From NCBI GenBank assembly GCA_043228905.1, contig JBHGNT010000017.1, positions 15,066,001 to 15,130,000 on the forward strand: a stretch of DNA of 64,000 nucleotides, read 5' to 3'. The position numbers were made by a program, and so were the translations under genes. The notes under the pieces were generated by a model that searched no databases, was not told the DNA's origin, and worked only from the letters and a program-made list of their open reading frames with translations. Shown piece by piece: positions 49,637 through 63,780 of the stretch; the first letter of the stretch is position 1, and each line of letters begins with the position of its first letter. This DNA is from Azolla caroliniana (lineage: Eukaryota > Plantae > Polypodiophyta).

Positions 49637-52600
49637 TTACATCACTCTTTTTGTAAACCTGCCCACTGCTAAAGCTAATTCCGTGTCAATGTTTAATGAT
49701 ATATCAAGAGCTTTCACAGAATGTGTCAACGCACCACTGAAAGCGAAAACTGAAAATTAGATATTTGAAAACAAATTGCATTCCAGATTGAAGTAAAAAA
49801 AACAAATGAATTACCTTGAAATGAAGGTGACACCTGTTGCTCCAATTTTTCCAACAGTCTCTAATGTTACATTCCCAGAAGCCTGAACGTTTTCCAACAC
49901 ATGATACAAAGAGTTAGATATATACGTCTCGATGAGCAAATAGTTTCTTCACTACCAGTTACTTAAATAATTGCCAGTGTAGGCTATTGCATCCCGTTTT
50001 ATTTCATGTTTTCATTCCAGGTGAAATGTGCTATATGTATGCTGCTACACTCTATAAGATATTCATGCAATGTGGATCACTTCCTAATGTTTTCCAAGAA
50101 CTCTGCACTTTCCAAGCAAACCAAACATTGATACCAATGTAGTTCAGTTTAAGCAAGGATGCGAACTCTCTTTAGCTATATTCATGACTACCTAACTCCA
50201 TTGAGATATTGGGTTGACAAGTATTAAGCCTTAAGGAGGTGATCATGCCTACATTAGATGAATTGCACACATATGAAGTGAACCCAATACCTCTGTTTCA
50301 ACTTGCCCATCAACAAGTTTGACTGCTTGCTTCAGCATTGACACGTCAACATCACCACCAGGGAGTGGCACCACCATATTATCCAACATAATACGGGTTA
50401 CATGGCCTATCCCTTTGCCTCTATGAGCCAAAACCTCTTTGACTTCATCCAAGGTTCTTGTCTCTATCTGCAATAGGTTCCATAATTGAGTCCTCCAGAA
50501 AATAATAGAGCAACAAAGAGACCCTTTCAAAAACGACACGTGATTATTACAAACCTCCACACCAACATCCAAATTGTTATCACTTAAATACTGTGCAACA
50601 GCATCAAGAGCTTTTGCTACACCCCCAGCAACTGCAATGTGGTTGTCTTTAACCAGAACCATATCAAATAGACCAAGGCGATGATTTTCACCACCTCCAA
50701 TCAAGACCTAAATTTAACAAACACATAACCACTTCAATATTTTAACACAAAAGGCATCCATAGATTCTCAGACATTAAGAATAGAGATGATTAATGGTGC
50801 TCACTGCCCATTTATCGATCAAACGGAGGCCTGGAACTGTTTTCCGTGTCTCCAGAATCCGTGCTGGCTTTGCAGCTTCAGCCATTGCCTACAAACATGT
50901 GAAGGAGACATACAAAATAAATATTGTTACAAAACTGAAACAGCTGAGTTCTCTGCTTCAGCTATGCACTTCTAACTGTACAAGGAAACAAGAAAAACAT
51001 GGATTAAAAATCCCAGAAAGTGGTCACGAACCTTCAGTTCTTGCTACCTAAAAGTAGTTGAACAAGGGTGCACTGGATGTAGCTATGCTCAATTGTAAGG
51101 ATGATTTAGTGTATAGACAGTATACTCAATCAAATATATATAGCTTAGAATGTCTTCATACAGAAATGAATTATGCAGATAAGATCAGAATGATCAGGAA
51201 AAATTAAATATCATCAAGTTGAGTGTGGAGATGGCTTGGATAAATCCTCTAAATGGCACTCGGTAGAAAGATATCTATCAGTCCCACTTCTTACACCTAT
51301 TACCAGAAGGTTTTATTATCACAGCTATAATTGTTTGTTAGGTCTCATGAACCATTATGGTTGTTTCAGACACAACTGCACATTTGCATTCTGTAAAATG
51401 GTTCCATACCTTGGTCAATGTTGCAATCCCACTCATTCTCTGCATGAAGTTCAAAACAACTCTTTCTGCCAGTAAAATACTCCTTGCATTGCCTATAATC
51501 AAGGCCAATAGTGCATGTGAATTTGAGAAAATTTCAAACAAAGAAACATATTACAATAAAGACAACATACCAGAAACAGTGCCAAACTGCAATCCCTTTG
51601 TCACTCTTTCTCCATCTTGAATGGTCCATTTCACCTGTTGTAAGTGATTGAATCAGATGTTGTCAATGAATAACAAATTACAAAATCAGCGCCGAGAACA
51701 AATTAAAATCCCTCCACAAATGGAACAAACATTCCCCAGATTCATAATGTGCATAAATGATAACATATTAGTCAGATGAAGCAAGAAGTACATTGATATA
51801 TGAGGGATGTGAGTTATTTATTCATCTGCATTTGATTATTATATTTCCATATTAATAAACAAATAAATATTTCTGAGACTCAAGAAATCATTACCATTAC
51901 CTATAATGGCCGATTTCTATATAAAGAACCATTTGTATAATGGACCAATGAAACAGTTGTTCTTATTCAAACCTTGGGGTTGAAATATGAGGGATGTGAG
52001 TTATTTATTCATCTGCATTTGATTATTATATTTCCATATTAATAAACAAATAAATATTTCTGAGACTCAAGAAATCATTACCATTACCTATAATGGCCCA
52101 TTTCTATATAAAGAACCATTTGTATAATGGACCAATGAAACAGTTGTTCTTATTCAAATCATGTACCCGATGAAAAACAACAATTCACTGCAGCACAAAG
52201 CAACTAAAATATATACAAACCGTCAAAGAAGGATCGACTTCCTGGAAGACTAGGCTTGCCATAGCAATACCAGCTAGTATTCCAGTATCCTTTGCCAAGA
52301 ATTGCGCCTCGGCTTGTATTTCAGGTGGAATTGTTGCCAAACATGTGATGTCCCCTGCAGAAAAGTGTCAATCCAGCATTGATTGTTGAGTCATATCTAT
52401 GCAAATCCTATGGACATCTACACTACATGTGCAGCAAAATGGGAATATTTTCTGGGTTTTTATGCATCGATGCTAAACATAATGGAGTAGCTGACCAATA
52501 GGTGATATCCTGTGCACAAAAGAGTCAATGCAGCAGAGTTCTTTGCAAGAAATTAATGGAAATTTTAGTAAGCTTTGCATTCCATGACATCCATGCTACA

Positions 52601-53210
52601 ACATAGGCATAGGTTTCTGGTAGTTTATGCATAAAATGTAAACTTGTCGGAATAATTGCCAGCTGATTGCATAATTAAGGTAGCTTTGTACTCCCGCAAC
52701 ATATATCATACGCTGCAATGAATAAATTGTATGGTAATAGTAATTCATATGTATATTCACACATACATATGTATACCTACACATATACATATAGATAAAT
52801 AGATATACAGACTAATATATACATACATATATATATATATATGGTTATATAGATATTAACACGGATTATGCGTACCTATTCCTCCTGTATCTTCGCGGAG
52901 GGATTCCTTGATTATGGCCTTGAGGTCATAAGTGGGATGAACGGGTGGAGGTATAGGAAAACTCAGTTTTTCAGCTATAGCTCCTGCTCTGATGATGCTT
53001 ATAGCAGGGACTCTACAGAAAACGGGAAGAAAGTGAAAAAACCCATCATTGATCAACCTTTGCAAATTAAAGAAGAAAGGATGGAAGGCAGGAAGAGAAA
53101 ACAGGAATTGCATTGATGGGCTATTTATTTACTTACCTCTGAATCTTGTGGGTGGATGAAGGAAAAGAGGGGAAGCTCGACCAAGCGGGAATGGATTGAA
53201 GACGAAGCAT
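49637..53210 (-). CDS. QPT: Quinolinate phosphoribosyltransferase (nicotinate-nucleotide pyrophosphorylase, NadC family), ~357 aa, 10 exons
   Basis: Exons 53210-53137, 53012-52876, 52354-52221, 51634-51571, 51492-51410, 50888-50805, 50707-50555, 50467-50291, 49882-49815 and 49736-49637, all with GT-AG introns and consistent phases (1074 nt). Motifs: [65 protein letters not shown]. The Ser/Pro-rich N-terminus resembles a transit peptide. Confidence 0.96.
51798..52158. repeat. 174-bp near-perfect direct duplication in QPT intron 3
   Basis: Copies at 51798-51971 and 51985-52158 with one mismatch seen and a 13-bp spacer. Confidence 0.92.
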
Positions 53211-53444
53211 TATGAGAGGTCCAGAAAGAGAGACAGGAAGAGACCCCTCTGTTTCTTCTTCTTCTTCCTCTGTTTTCCTCTGTTTCTTTCTTCATTCAAT
53301 CTAGCCATTCATTTCATATTCTTTCCTTGTTTGGAAACTCTTGACACAAAGGGAAAGCTTAGTCTCCCAAATTTAGCCCTGCCGTCTTTCTCCTTCTAAA
53401 CTGACCAAATCATATGATAGTGCCCTAGTGTGTGTGTGTGTGTG

Positions 53445-53890
53445 TTGGGGAGAGATCGGTTCGGTTCGGTTTGAGATTGTCAAAACCGAACCGTTTAAAA
53501 CTTTTGAAACTTGTACCGAACCACGAAACTGTTTTAACCAAACCGTTTAAAAAAATAATCAAAACCATTAAAGCATTAGAACCTCGGCTTTCAACTTATG
53601 TCAAAATTCAATTTTTAATTTTTAATTTATTTTCATTATTTTTAATTTTTAATTTTTTAAAAATTTAAAGATTTTCCTAAAATGTGAGAATTAGGCTTCA
53701 AAAATGAAAAGATTGAAATTTTTAAAAATTAAAAAAATTAAAAAAACCATTAAACCGTTTTAACTGTGGTTTCTAACCGTTGAACCAAACCAAACCAAAC
53801 CGTTCACCCCCAAACGGAAATGAACCGTTTAAGCCGTTAAGCCGTAGTTTCACGGTTCGGTTCAGTTCAAACTAAACCATTGCCAACTAT
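53445..53890. mobile_element. MITE-like / hAT-like non-autonomous remnant upstream of QPT
   Basis: Clusters of AACCG/CGGTT motifs at both ends around an AT-rich, partly palindromic core. Terminal inverted repeats and TSD were not resolved. Confidence 0.5.
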
Positions 53891-56224
53891 TAGCAACACT
53901 CGCAATGTAGTTATGTCCTCCTTAACACCAAAAGGAAAGGCTACTTTGATACACGGTGCAGCTATTTTTCTTGTTTAACTACCAGAAGAAGAAGAATGGA
54001 TGAATGGATGAATGAATGAATGAGGAGTTTGAGAGAAGTGAATTCATTAGATTTCCTACCTCATTACAACTTGGGTGCATTAACCCTCGTCCCATTTCAT
54101 CCTTATAGGGGGGGACATAACTACTTTTCTTTTCTACGTTTTACAAACTTTGTCCCTTCAATTCATGTCAAGTAAAGCATTAATATTGAAACATATACTG
54201 AATACTTGACACCATGCTCCCCCATTCTCCGTTCTATCAACATTACATACCTTCAATGTGATGTGCTACTTTGCATCTCATTCAAATATTATATTACCTC
54301 TTTCTTGAATTCCAAATGGGTAATCGAAACTTTTGCTCTCCATGCATACTATATAAATGTGGATTTTTTTAATTCAAGAATCGGTTTTCCAACACTTCGT
54401 GCAATTTCTTGTGGCTTGATCTCTCATACAAGGATTTCAAAGCATTCTCTACTTAATGTCATATCTATAACTATGATTATCTCTACCCATGTTCACATCT
54501 TTATAACATTGTCATGTTTGTTTATCTTGGATAAGGTTTAATACAAACATGTGCTCCATGCTTTTCGTACCAATTGCAACGAAAAGAGGCTTAAACAAAT
54601 GTAAATATAGTCAGCCACCCTCACAATTAGAGAGTAGCTCTATAGATTTTTACGCAATGTAAATAGCCAAGAATTAAATTTCTTGCAAGGGGAATGTTTT
54701 TCCATGGATGTATTAAAGGAAACTAGAATGGAAGGTTATTTAAGAACAGAAAAAATTCATAGAGAACCCAAAAAATAAGTAACATTCAACATCTCATTCA
54801 TATGGAGAACCCAATGACATATTTTGATGAGGGCATTTTGCTCATGTGGAATACATGTACTTCAAATTTGTAAGTTACAAGTCCCTTCCCGCATTTGTTG
54901 TTTCTTCAAAATGCAAAACCCAATTGAATGTCTTTACATAACATTATTCGGTGTACACATGCATAAATCATTCTTCGTATGCATGCACATGAAACATGTG
55001 AATGTAGATGTTCATACATATGAAACACTCTGAATAAATCGCTCCCAAGTGTTTGTTCGTACTTGTATTTGCTCATTCTACGCAACTGCAAATTTGTACA
55101 TAGATCTGCAACAATTTGGGTGCCTTGACAAGTGAATATACCACATCTGAGTTTGCAACATTGCTTTTCACTTGAAGACATGTTTAGGAATCGTTCAATC
55201 GTCATCAAGTCCAATTACGCTTGCACATCTATGTATACAAAATATACTTCTTCAGACTGTTTATGCTGAACCTACACAATACCAACTCCCAAATAAGCAT
55301 GTACATCACTAGAAAATACTATTAGTACCTACATAGTAGTATATACCACATCAACAAATACATTGCTTCATATCCTATATCGATAGACATTGATACAATC
55401 TACAAAACACTAACATCTACCTGCAAACACTACATCACGAAATCATAAAATTGTTCGATTTCCCCACATCTGGCATTGTCTTTTGCTAGTGCATGACTCT
55501 AGTGTTGCCAAACCTTCTGGAAGTTCATCATTTTCCTTGTACCACTCACTATAGATTCCATTGTACAAACATGTTTTCAGCACTCATAACTGAGCATGCT
55601 ATCTCTGGTGTTACTATACCTTCTTCAAATTTCAAAAGCCCTGGAAATTTATCAATTCCTTGTGCTGCTACTATAGATTACATTGTACAAAGGTGAACCC
55701 AAAGTCTATATATAGCTATGCAATGAATCATATTTGTTCACCATCATATACCTGAAAAGGATAACAGGAAGCAAGAAACTCCATGACTTGTTCAAATTCT
55801 TATAGTAAGGAGAAGGTCAAACCAAACTTGATACTAGCTTTTGCCCGTGTCAGCTAAATCTTGCGTAACAACCTCTAAGACCACACACACCCTCTAATCA
55901 AACTTATGACAAAAAATGGATGTGCCCCATGAAGACTTTAAAGAGAGGAAAAGGTGGGTCAGTTCCCATAATACTTATAACAATCTATGAATAACATGAA
56001 CTTTGTCAGTAAACACTTTTCTGTCCCCATATACATACATACATACACACATGGTAACAGTGTGTGCCCATATATCTATGCTACCCATAGCCCTAATGAT
56101 ACAGCCATGATATAACATTACAATAAGAAAAACAAATAACTTAATTGTTCATTTTTATATTACTAAGATGAGAGAATAGAAAGATGTTATTTTATTAGTA
56201 AAGATGATATCCAAAATTTGTACC

Positions 56225-59200
56225 TCACTCATGAAATGTTGAAGTTAAAGCTAATGCATTCTCCGTTCTGGACTTTTTCATATTCATAATTTCATGGACA
56301 ATAAAGGATAATACTTCCTTTGCCTTCTCCGTTTGGTTACTACAATGCATGCTTATCTCCTGGTTCATAATTAGAATTAATCAGCAGAATCTTGCTGTTG
56401 AATTAGTAGAAAAGAATTCTAGCACTTTAAAATATTGAATGTTCATCCTTGAATATGCATTCCTTTCAGTGTACCAGAAGTTGAAACATACCTGAACTTT
56501 GATGCCCAGAATAGAAGCACTCTCTAGAATGTAGAAAGGAATGTCCTCGGGATTGGTACCTTTACACTGTCATAACATGATATAAATATTTATGATAAAC
56601 ATTTCAACATTAATGGAGCTCGTTGATGGAAGCATGACAATACACAACCAAAAAGCTAAAGACAGAAAAATACTCTGTTTGTAAGTCTTGCAAGATGTAC
56701 AAAGGGAGAGGCAAAACAGTCATCAAGGTCAAAAAGATCAAGAGAAGGAGCAGGGGGTTCTCTCAAAGAAGGCGGAAAGACTGCTGGTAGAAGTGGTGGT
56801 GTTGGCGTCTCAAACTGCACACAACTGCATAAGCCTCAGAAAATATGAATGGAAAAAGATGCAACAATTTTTTTTTAAAGTGTTTGTACTTGCCCCGGGA
56901 GCTATTAAGGTTAATGGGCCTGGCTTTACACCAAGTTGCTTGTAAAGCTTTACCACCTCAGGAATCAAGTTTGTATGATAGGAAAATAACCTATCATCGG
57001 CAAGCCTGGTAAAGTCACGTGGTAGCTCATCAGCTTCCTACGAAAACATAGAATTTTCTTGTCAACATGTTCCATTTCAATAGACATGGATCAAGAGGTA
57101 GTCTTTAATATTGCCATATGGTCTCTGTTTTACTACTGTTTTTAACCCATCCTGGTTTTGGTTTTTTCCAGATAAAATTGTAGAGTTTAGAGAATATAGT
57201 TCACCTGAAGGCAGCACCGGAACCGGTTTGCTAATGCTGCAACATCAGAGACAAAATTCAATTCAGGGGACTCTAGCTCTTCCATGTTGACCTTTTCTAT
57301 CTGAAAAAGCACCTCAATTGTTTCTTAAAGAAAAACTTAACCAAGCGGAAATTTCATCACCACATTAACATTATTTTGCAATAGTATTATTCCATGACAT
57401 ATCACAGGATAACATAATTAGAAAAACCAAGAGGAACCTTTATGGGTATCCTTCCTAGAAGCCACAACATAAGAAAGTCAAACAGCTTGGCATTGTTCTC
57501 CTTGTCAATCCATGAGTCCTCAAACATTCCAACACTTCCACAAACAGAAACTTTACCAGATCCTTTGTCTCCTTGCCATATTGCACCTGTTTATGTACAG
57601 GAAAGCTAGTTGAAGTTGGAAAGTATCACCTTATGTCACACAGACTGTAATGTATTTTTTTTATTTGAAAAGGAGCAAGCTCTTGGATTGAAATATCAAC
57701 CAGTCTCGCGTTAATGCAATCTTTGCACTGATGGCATTAGAAATCACATTGAATAGGAAGAAATAAGAAAAGGACATTTCCTTATTTCTATCTTTGGCCA
57801 CCTCAGAGCAGTACTACACTCTGTTATGGAAGCTGAGTGACTTTGGTAATGATCAAAACTACTAGTTTTCATGGTTTATCTAATAAATGACCACAGTAGC
57901 GAATATGATATATCTGTGTAACTTGGATAAAGATCGTTTATAGTCAATAATGAGAAACTAACGGGAGCTAAAAGCATGTCAACTGTAAGAGGAATAAGAG
58001 TTTGGCAGCATCATACCAACAGGTTGACGAACAGGATGTGCCATCAAACCTGATGACAAAATTGCAACAGCAGGTTTCTTCAGCATCAACGAGGCTCCAC
58101 AAGGATATACAATGTTAAAATTTTCATCAGAAGATATTTGATTGTTTGATCCAGTTTGTTTCCTATCAACATCACAATCCTCAAACATTAGCAGACATAG
58201 ATACAGAACTGCAAAACATATACTATCAACAAAGCTATGTGTTAGACTATAAAGATCTTGTCTAACCAGCTATGCATTTGGGATTTGTTCGATTAGGTTG
58301 ATGGTGAAATTAGAGCCTTTCCTTTAATGTACTAAACGCAAAAATATTAGGATAACTAAATTCCCATATACTTGTTGTATGAATGTCTTATTGCAAGTTG
58401 AATCAATAGCCATTACATGCCAAAGTTGTGAATTTCCATTTACATACAAATCAGTCTAATGAATACAAAGGTGTACAAACCTTTGCAAGTGAGGCACATC
58501 TTCAGCATGAGAATCCAGTGCACTTACCTTCTCAAACTGTAACAAAATACAATCAAATTATACTGGTATAATTTTGGGTTTGATTCTTATAAGTGAGCAC
58601 CAAACTATCTGTTTTATATCCACATAGAAATCTCCTCTTCAAAGGAAGTAAATGAAATGATTTACAAAGCCCTCATGAACTTTGAAAACACTATCATTTT
58701 TAACTCTACATGTGATTTGAGCGAGAGATGTCAAAACATCTCACACAACTGAAAGTCACGTCATTCAACTCATTTTCATTTAGTAGCCACTAATCCTGTC
58801 ATTATATTCTACCAAGAGAAAAACAAACGGCAGATGCACACTATACACTTTCATGTTCAGCCATGGTTGCTCCAATCCTAAACAAAATAATTGAAAGACT
58901 CATTGACGACATATAACCATGTGAATACGATTCCAATAATGCAGAGCACATGTCTATTCCTCTCTGATAGGTACGTTTGTATGGTGCATTTCATTTCTTA
59001 TGGTCTCCCTTATATCTTACTTCGAGATACAAACATGTTGATTTTTTTAAGCGGTGGTGATTGAATGTGATTATTTGTTACTCATCCTTTTAGCTTTATC
59101 TGAAATTATCCTCATTTTGATTTGTTCATATCATCCCATTGTGATGGCCTAGTTTAAAAGCCCTAATATCAGCCAAAAACATGGCAATGCATGTTGCTGA

Positions 59201-61157
59201 TACACATAAATCTCTCCTAAACTTGAAACACAAAAGTAAAGTGAATACATCAAGATATCAATGCACATTTTAGCTATTCATATGGGAAATACCTCCCTAC
59301 TCTGCTAATATAGGTGCTAAGCCACCAGCCAACACCAAGCCAGAATCCCTTTATTCTCTCAATATGGTTACATGCTTATCTACATCAGCTACTTTTGCAC
59401 TTTCTCTAGAAATCTCTAAAATAACTCCCAGCGAGAGTTATGACATGGGCTAGTGTACTGTGCTATTTGAAATTCCCCACTTCCATGCACTTTTACAAAG
59501 CACTGAAATTACAACTGACCAAAGAATCTGTGGAATCAAAGAGTAGTATCTTACAAGAACTATGAAAAAACAAGCAACTAACTTGAATCAATTCATCGCA
59601 TAGGACGCAGTTAGAAAGAAGAACTTCTTTGGGATGAAGATACTGCTTCTGTATTGTGCCAATCTGTACACATGAAACACAAATTACAGCAACATCAAAG
59701 AAACCATTATAGTTATCTAACAAGAAAATAACAAAATTAAATAATCGAATAAATATAAGTTTAGGGTGCATATTTTGGATTAATTTTCCTTACTATGTTT
59801 GCACATACAATTCTCTGTCAAGTAATATCGGGAAGCATCATTATAACACAATTATGCGTTGTACATGTGTTTTCTCTATTCAAGTAGTATCGGGAAGCAT
59901 CATTATAACACAATTATGCGTTGTACATGTATTTTCTCTATTCAAGTAATATAGAGTAGAACCATTACAACACAATTAGACTTAATCGTAATCCCATAGT
60001 CCTGGAGAAGATCATTTCCATTCGTTCCTTGTTGAATATCTCCACCTTCATTGCTTAAGAAGAACAAGCTTCCCCCTTTACTAATGAAATTCTTGATTGA
60101 ATCCAACTGTGCTATACCAATTCAAGCACCAAAATGTCATAAAATTCATGGAAATTGGATAAAATAAACTAATACAAGCTATTATTGAGCATGATTTTGA
60201 ACCTCTGTAGATGTGAGTTTTTGTTGAGGTGACCCAAAAATCAACACATCAACCTTCTCCAAAACAGATACAGAAAGTTCTTCTTTATTCCTGAAATTCA
60301 AATGCAGTACTCACTTTTTTTCCATTCTTGCAAAGATCATCATAAATGATCAAGGTAATTTGATTGCGATACATAAAATACTCAGGTAGAGCTGTTCCCA
60401 TATAGGAAGCAAGATATCAAAGAATGGCGTGAGAGTTCATTGTCTTCACGATCTTTAAAGGTATTCATTCATTAACTAGGCTATGGAGGAGATATTTTTG
60501 ACCATTAGAGCAAACAGAACACTGTATAAATTTCCCACCATTCTTACAAACAAAAGGATATACTCTCTTACTTTACATTCTTGTAATGAAAACAGTAGAT
60601 TAACGTTTCTCCCATCCTTGCAGGAAAAACGGTAGATTAACTGTCCTCCCATTCTTGCAAACAAAACATCATGCTACTTTTTATTCTCATTCTTGCGAAA
60701 CAAAACTCTCTACACTATCTTTTTTCCCATTCTTGCAAGAAATTACAAGGAGGTTTGGAGCGCGCCAGAATGTTCGGATTTACTCACAGAATGACTTGAT
60801 GACATGCTTTTAGTCTTTTCCCCAAGTTCTTGAATCCTTGCACAGTGCTGTGAGTCTCTGCAAAGACAAAAGAAGAAGAAGATTAGGGTTTTGTTGATTG
60901 CTTATCTGTTGTTACTACAGGTCATACAAAAACAAGAATGCAGATGATTGTGCTCATTTTTATGAATGAATGGATGGAGGAATGGATGAAGAATGGATCA
61001 ATGGATCAATGAATGAAAACTGCAGCAGATTATATAAAACTAGAATGCAAAAACTAGATTGTGATGATGATTGGTGAGGGAAGGATGGACCTTGTTTGGA
61101 GCAGTCGAACATGATGGTTGCAGGGGGGTACTCTGCTTCCTCTTCTTGGCAACCCAT
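56225..61157 (-). CDS. IFT52: Intraflagellar transport protein 52, ~461 aa, 13 exons (an in-frame upstream ATG exists at 61211)
   Basis: Exons 61157-61091, 60857-60788, 60290-60203, 60106-59969, 59663-59583, 58536-58481, 58162-58017, 57586-57438, 57300-57205, 57037-56894, 56814-56674, 56566-56492 and 56359-56225 (1386 nt, phases consistent). Motifs: [83 protein letters not shown]. Confidence 0.93.
59818..59979. repeat. 62-bp tandem repeat in IFT52 intron 4 overlapping the exon 4 donor
   Basis: Units start at 59818, 59880 and 59942 (tcaagtaatat…aacacaatta). Confidence 0.8.
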
Positions 61158-61498
61158 GTTCTTCTTCTTCTTTCTGGAATGCTCTGTTTTCTGTGCATTC
61201 AGGGTGGTCATGGCCAAAGAAGGAAGTGATTTGACACTAAATCAGAACTCATAAAAATAAATAAAAATAAATAAATAAAAACAGAGTTCACATTAACCCC
61301 ATGCTATCACTAAATCATTTGCCCCATAGAAATCATTTGCCCACGAGAAATCGTTGTCACCGAATTCGGCAATCGCGAAATCATATCGTTGAGAGACAAT
61401 CGTCAACGAAATCGGCAATCGAGAAATCATATCGTCAACGAAATCGGCATTTAAGAAACCATCATTCGAGAGAAATCGGCAAAGCGAGAGAAATCATC

Positions 61499-61542
<44 letters not shown>

Positions 61543-62058
61543 TGTCGCCATTGTCTCGTACCGATCATTGAAGCCAAGACTCAATCATTCGACATCCAAA
61601 CCGCCTCATATTTTGATGTCTTCTAAGACAAGAACAGGCTGGCAGTACGTGCACGTGCAAGCTTGTTCACCATCTTCACGATCAATCCCCTTCGTTTCCT
61701 GCTAATGAAACATTCTTGATTGGTACTTCAAGAAGACTAGAGAAGGTTTTTTCTTTTTTTTATTAGAGATTGATTCTAGCCAACGTAAATGTGCATGTGT
61801 GTGCTACTCGGGGGGGTACCCCAAGGGTCTTGGATCAAGGAGGACACGAAACTTGAGAGATACAAAGATTAAGAGGACACAAACATAGGAGAACTCGATC
61901 GTAGAAGGGGGACATGACCTTTGTCTTCCACAAGGCACTTGGGAGTGATTAACACATGGGATTAAGCTTAATACACTTGATTAACATAAGTACATGAGAT
62001 TAAGATTAAAATGTCCTCGTATTAGGAAGTAGATGGCAATCTATACAAGAAATCCCTT

Positions 62059-62349
62059 TGTTGAGAATCAAACTCAACTTCCTTAGTGTGGGAACACACC
62101 TTAGGAATAGCCAAGTGTCTGAACATCCCACCACTTTTTATCATAACTAATGTGTCATAGAAGTTAAGTCCTATGACACATAGTTACTAGGTAGTTAAGT
62201 CTCCACCTCCTTCCCGAGAGGTGGTTGTAATGAGAGAATATAGAGAGAAGATGACAACATAAGCATTTTCTCCTCTTCTTTGTAACCGTTTTTTTGTTGT
62301 TCATTCTTGTTAACATACTTTTCTTGTTTTTTATCTATCGGTCTCTCTC

Positions 62350-62383
<34 letters not shown>

Positions 62384-63780
62384 TATGTATATCATACACA
62401 CACACACACATACTCTTTCCATTGTACAAAATCACACCTGATTCTTACATGGTATCAAAGCGATTGGTAGATTAATCCAAGCCCATGCGTGTGTGTTGTG
62501 TATACGCCGACGTTCACGAAGAACCAACAATCGTTGTAGTACCAACCCTACACAGTTCGTATCATAAAGAAGAAGACGAAAACTTGTTTCAACCAAGTCG
62601 ACCATCATGAATAATCAGATGGGCAGTTCTCTCCTCAGTGAAAAGCTTGACAGAAATAACTTTGCATCTTGGGAATACAAGGTGCAGCAATACCTTGTTG
62701 GCCAAGGTTATTGAAGTTATATTGAGGAGCACAAGAAACACAACCCAACCCAACACACACCAACTACCCAACATGGGAGCAAGCGGCATGCCGTTTGTTG
62801 TACTACCTTGCATCATGCGTTCATGATCACATGCTCGGCTACATCTGAGAAGCCAAAACACCAAAGGAGGCATGGGGAAACCTCAAAAAGATCTTCGCAG
62901 CCAACACGACTACACAAAAACTTCAACTCTGTCAAGAGTTGAATAGCATTCAACAGAGGGATATGTCGATCGGAAACCACACCTTGAAGATCAAGGAGAT
63001 GTGTGATTCCCTTGGGTTGATCAATGTTAACATTGACGACAATGAGATGGTGTTGATATGTCTCCGAGGACTCTCACCTAGGTTCAACGCAATAAGGATG
63101 GCCTTCCTCGCATACATCTTCTTGAGCATTCTATTTTCCAATCTATATTGTGTCTCTCTCCTCTCCTCTTCTCAAACACACACACACACACTACACACAT
63201 CTCTAACTTATTCTGCTGCACAGAATCACCATCAATTCTTTACAGTGGCAAATTCGGCCACTATGAGGTAGAGTGTCAAAAGAAGAAAAGTGAGTCGGCT
63301 TTCACAAGCTAACAACTTACTAACTACGGCAGAATGTTCATGATGTGGCATAGAGTGAATTCTATGACGGCCTCCAACCTAACCAATACGTCCAACTCAG
63401 AAGACGTATTTTTTGTTGACTTTGGCGCCTCAAACCATATGACATCTCACCAAGAATGGTTTCAAGAACGTCTTGCATGTTCCAACTATAACGAAGAAAC
63501 CGATCTTGGTCGGCCAAATCGTGGAGTAAGCCATGCAAGTTCATTTCAACCATGGAGGATGCTTTATTGAAAAGGAAGGCCGACTCATCGCTTGTGGTTG
63601 AGGGGAAGGCCGAATGTTTATCCTCGAGTCAAACGGGGTAAAATGAGTCATGTTCACAAAGGGCCATAAAGTTGACGCCAACATAGAGTTATGGCACAAA
63701 AGGATCGGCCACATCAATCTCGAGAAGCTCAAGGGCATGCAGTCGAACGAAGTCGTCATCGGACTTCCAACCTTTATTTT
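62059..63780 (+). mobile_element. Decayed Copia 5' portion (LTR, PBS, gag, protease, start of integrase)
   Basis: LTR at 62059-62449 (TGTTGAG…TTACA), PBS tggtatcaaagc at 62450-62461, gag (EKLDRNNFASWEYK), FVDFGASNHMT and ELWHKRIGHINL. Confidence 0.85.

Noticed and set aside
54206-55696. Possible extra gene between QPT and IFT52
   Set aside because: Only short AT-rich ORFs with no recognisable motifs or consistent exon chain were found.
49637-61157. Functional QPT-IFT52 cluster
   Set aside because: There is no known pathway link between NAD biosynthesis and IFT-B, and adjacency alone is not evidence.
61301-61705. 134-aa ORF divergent from IFT52
   Set aside because: It is built from short aaatcggcaatcg/gagaaatc repeats and a (GA)n microsatellite, so it is probably non-coding.
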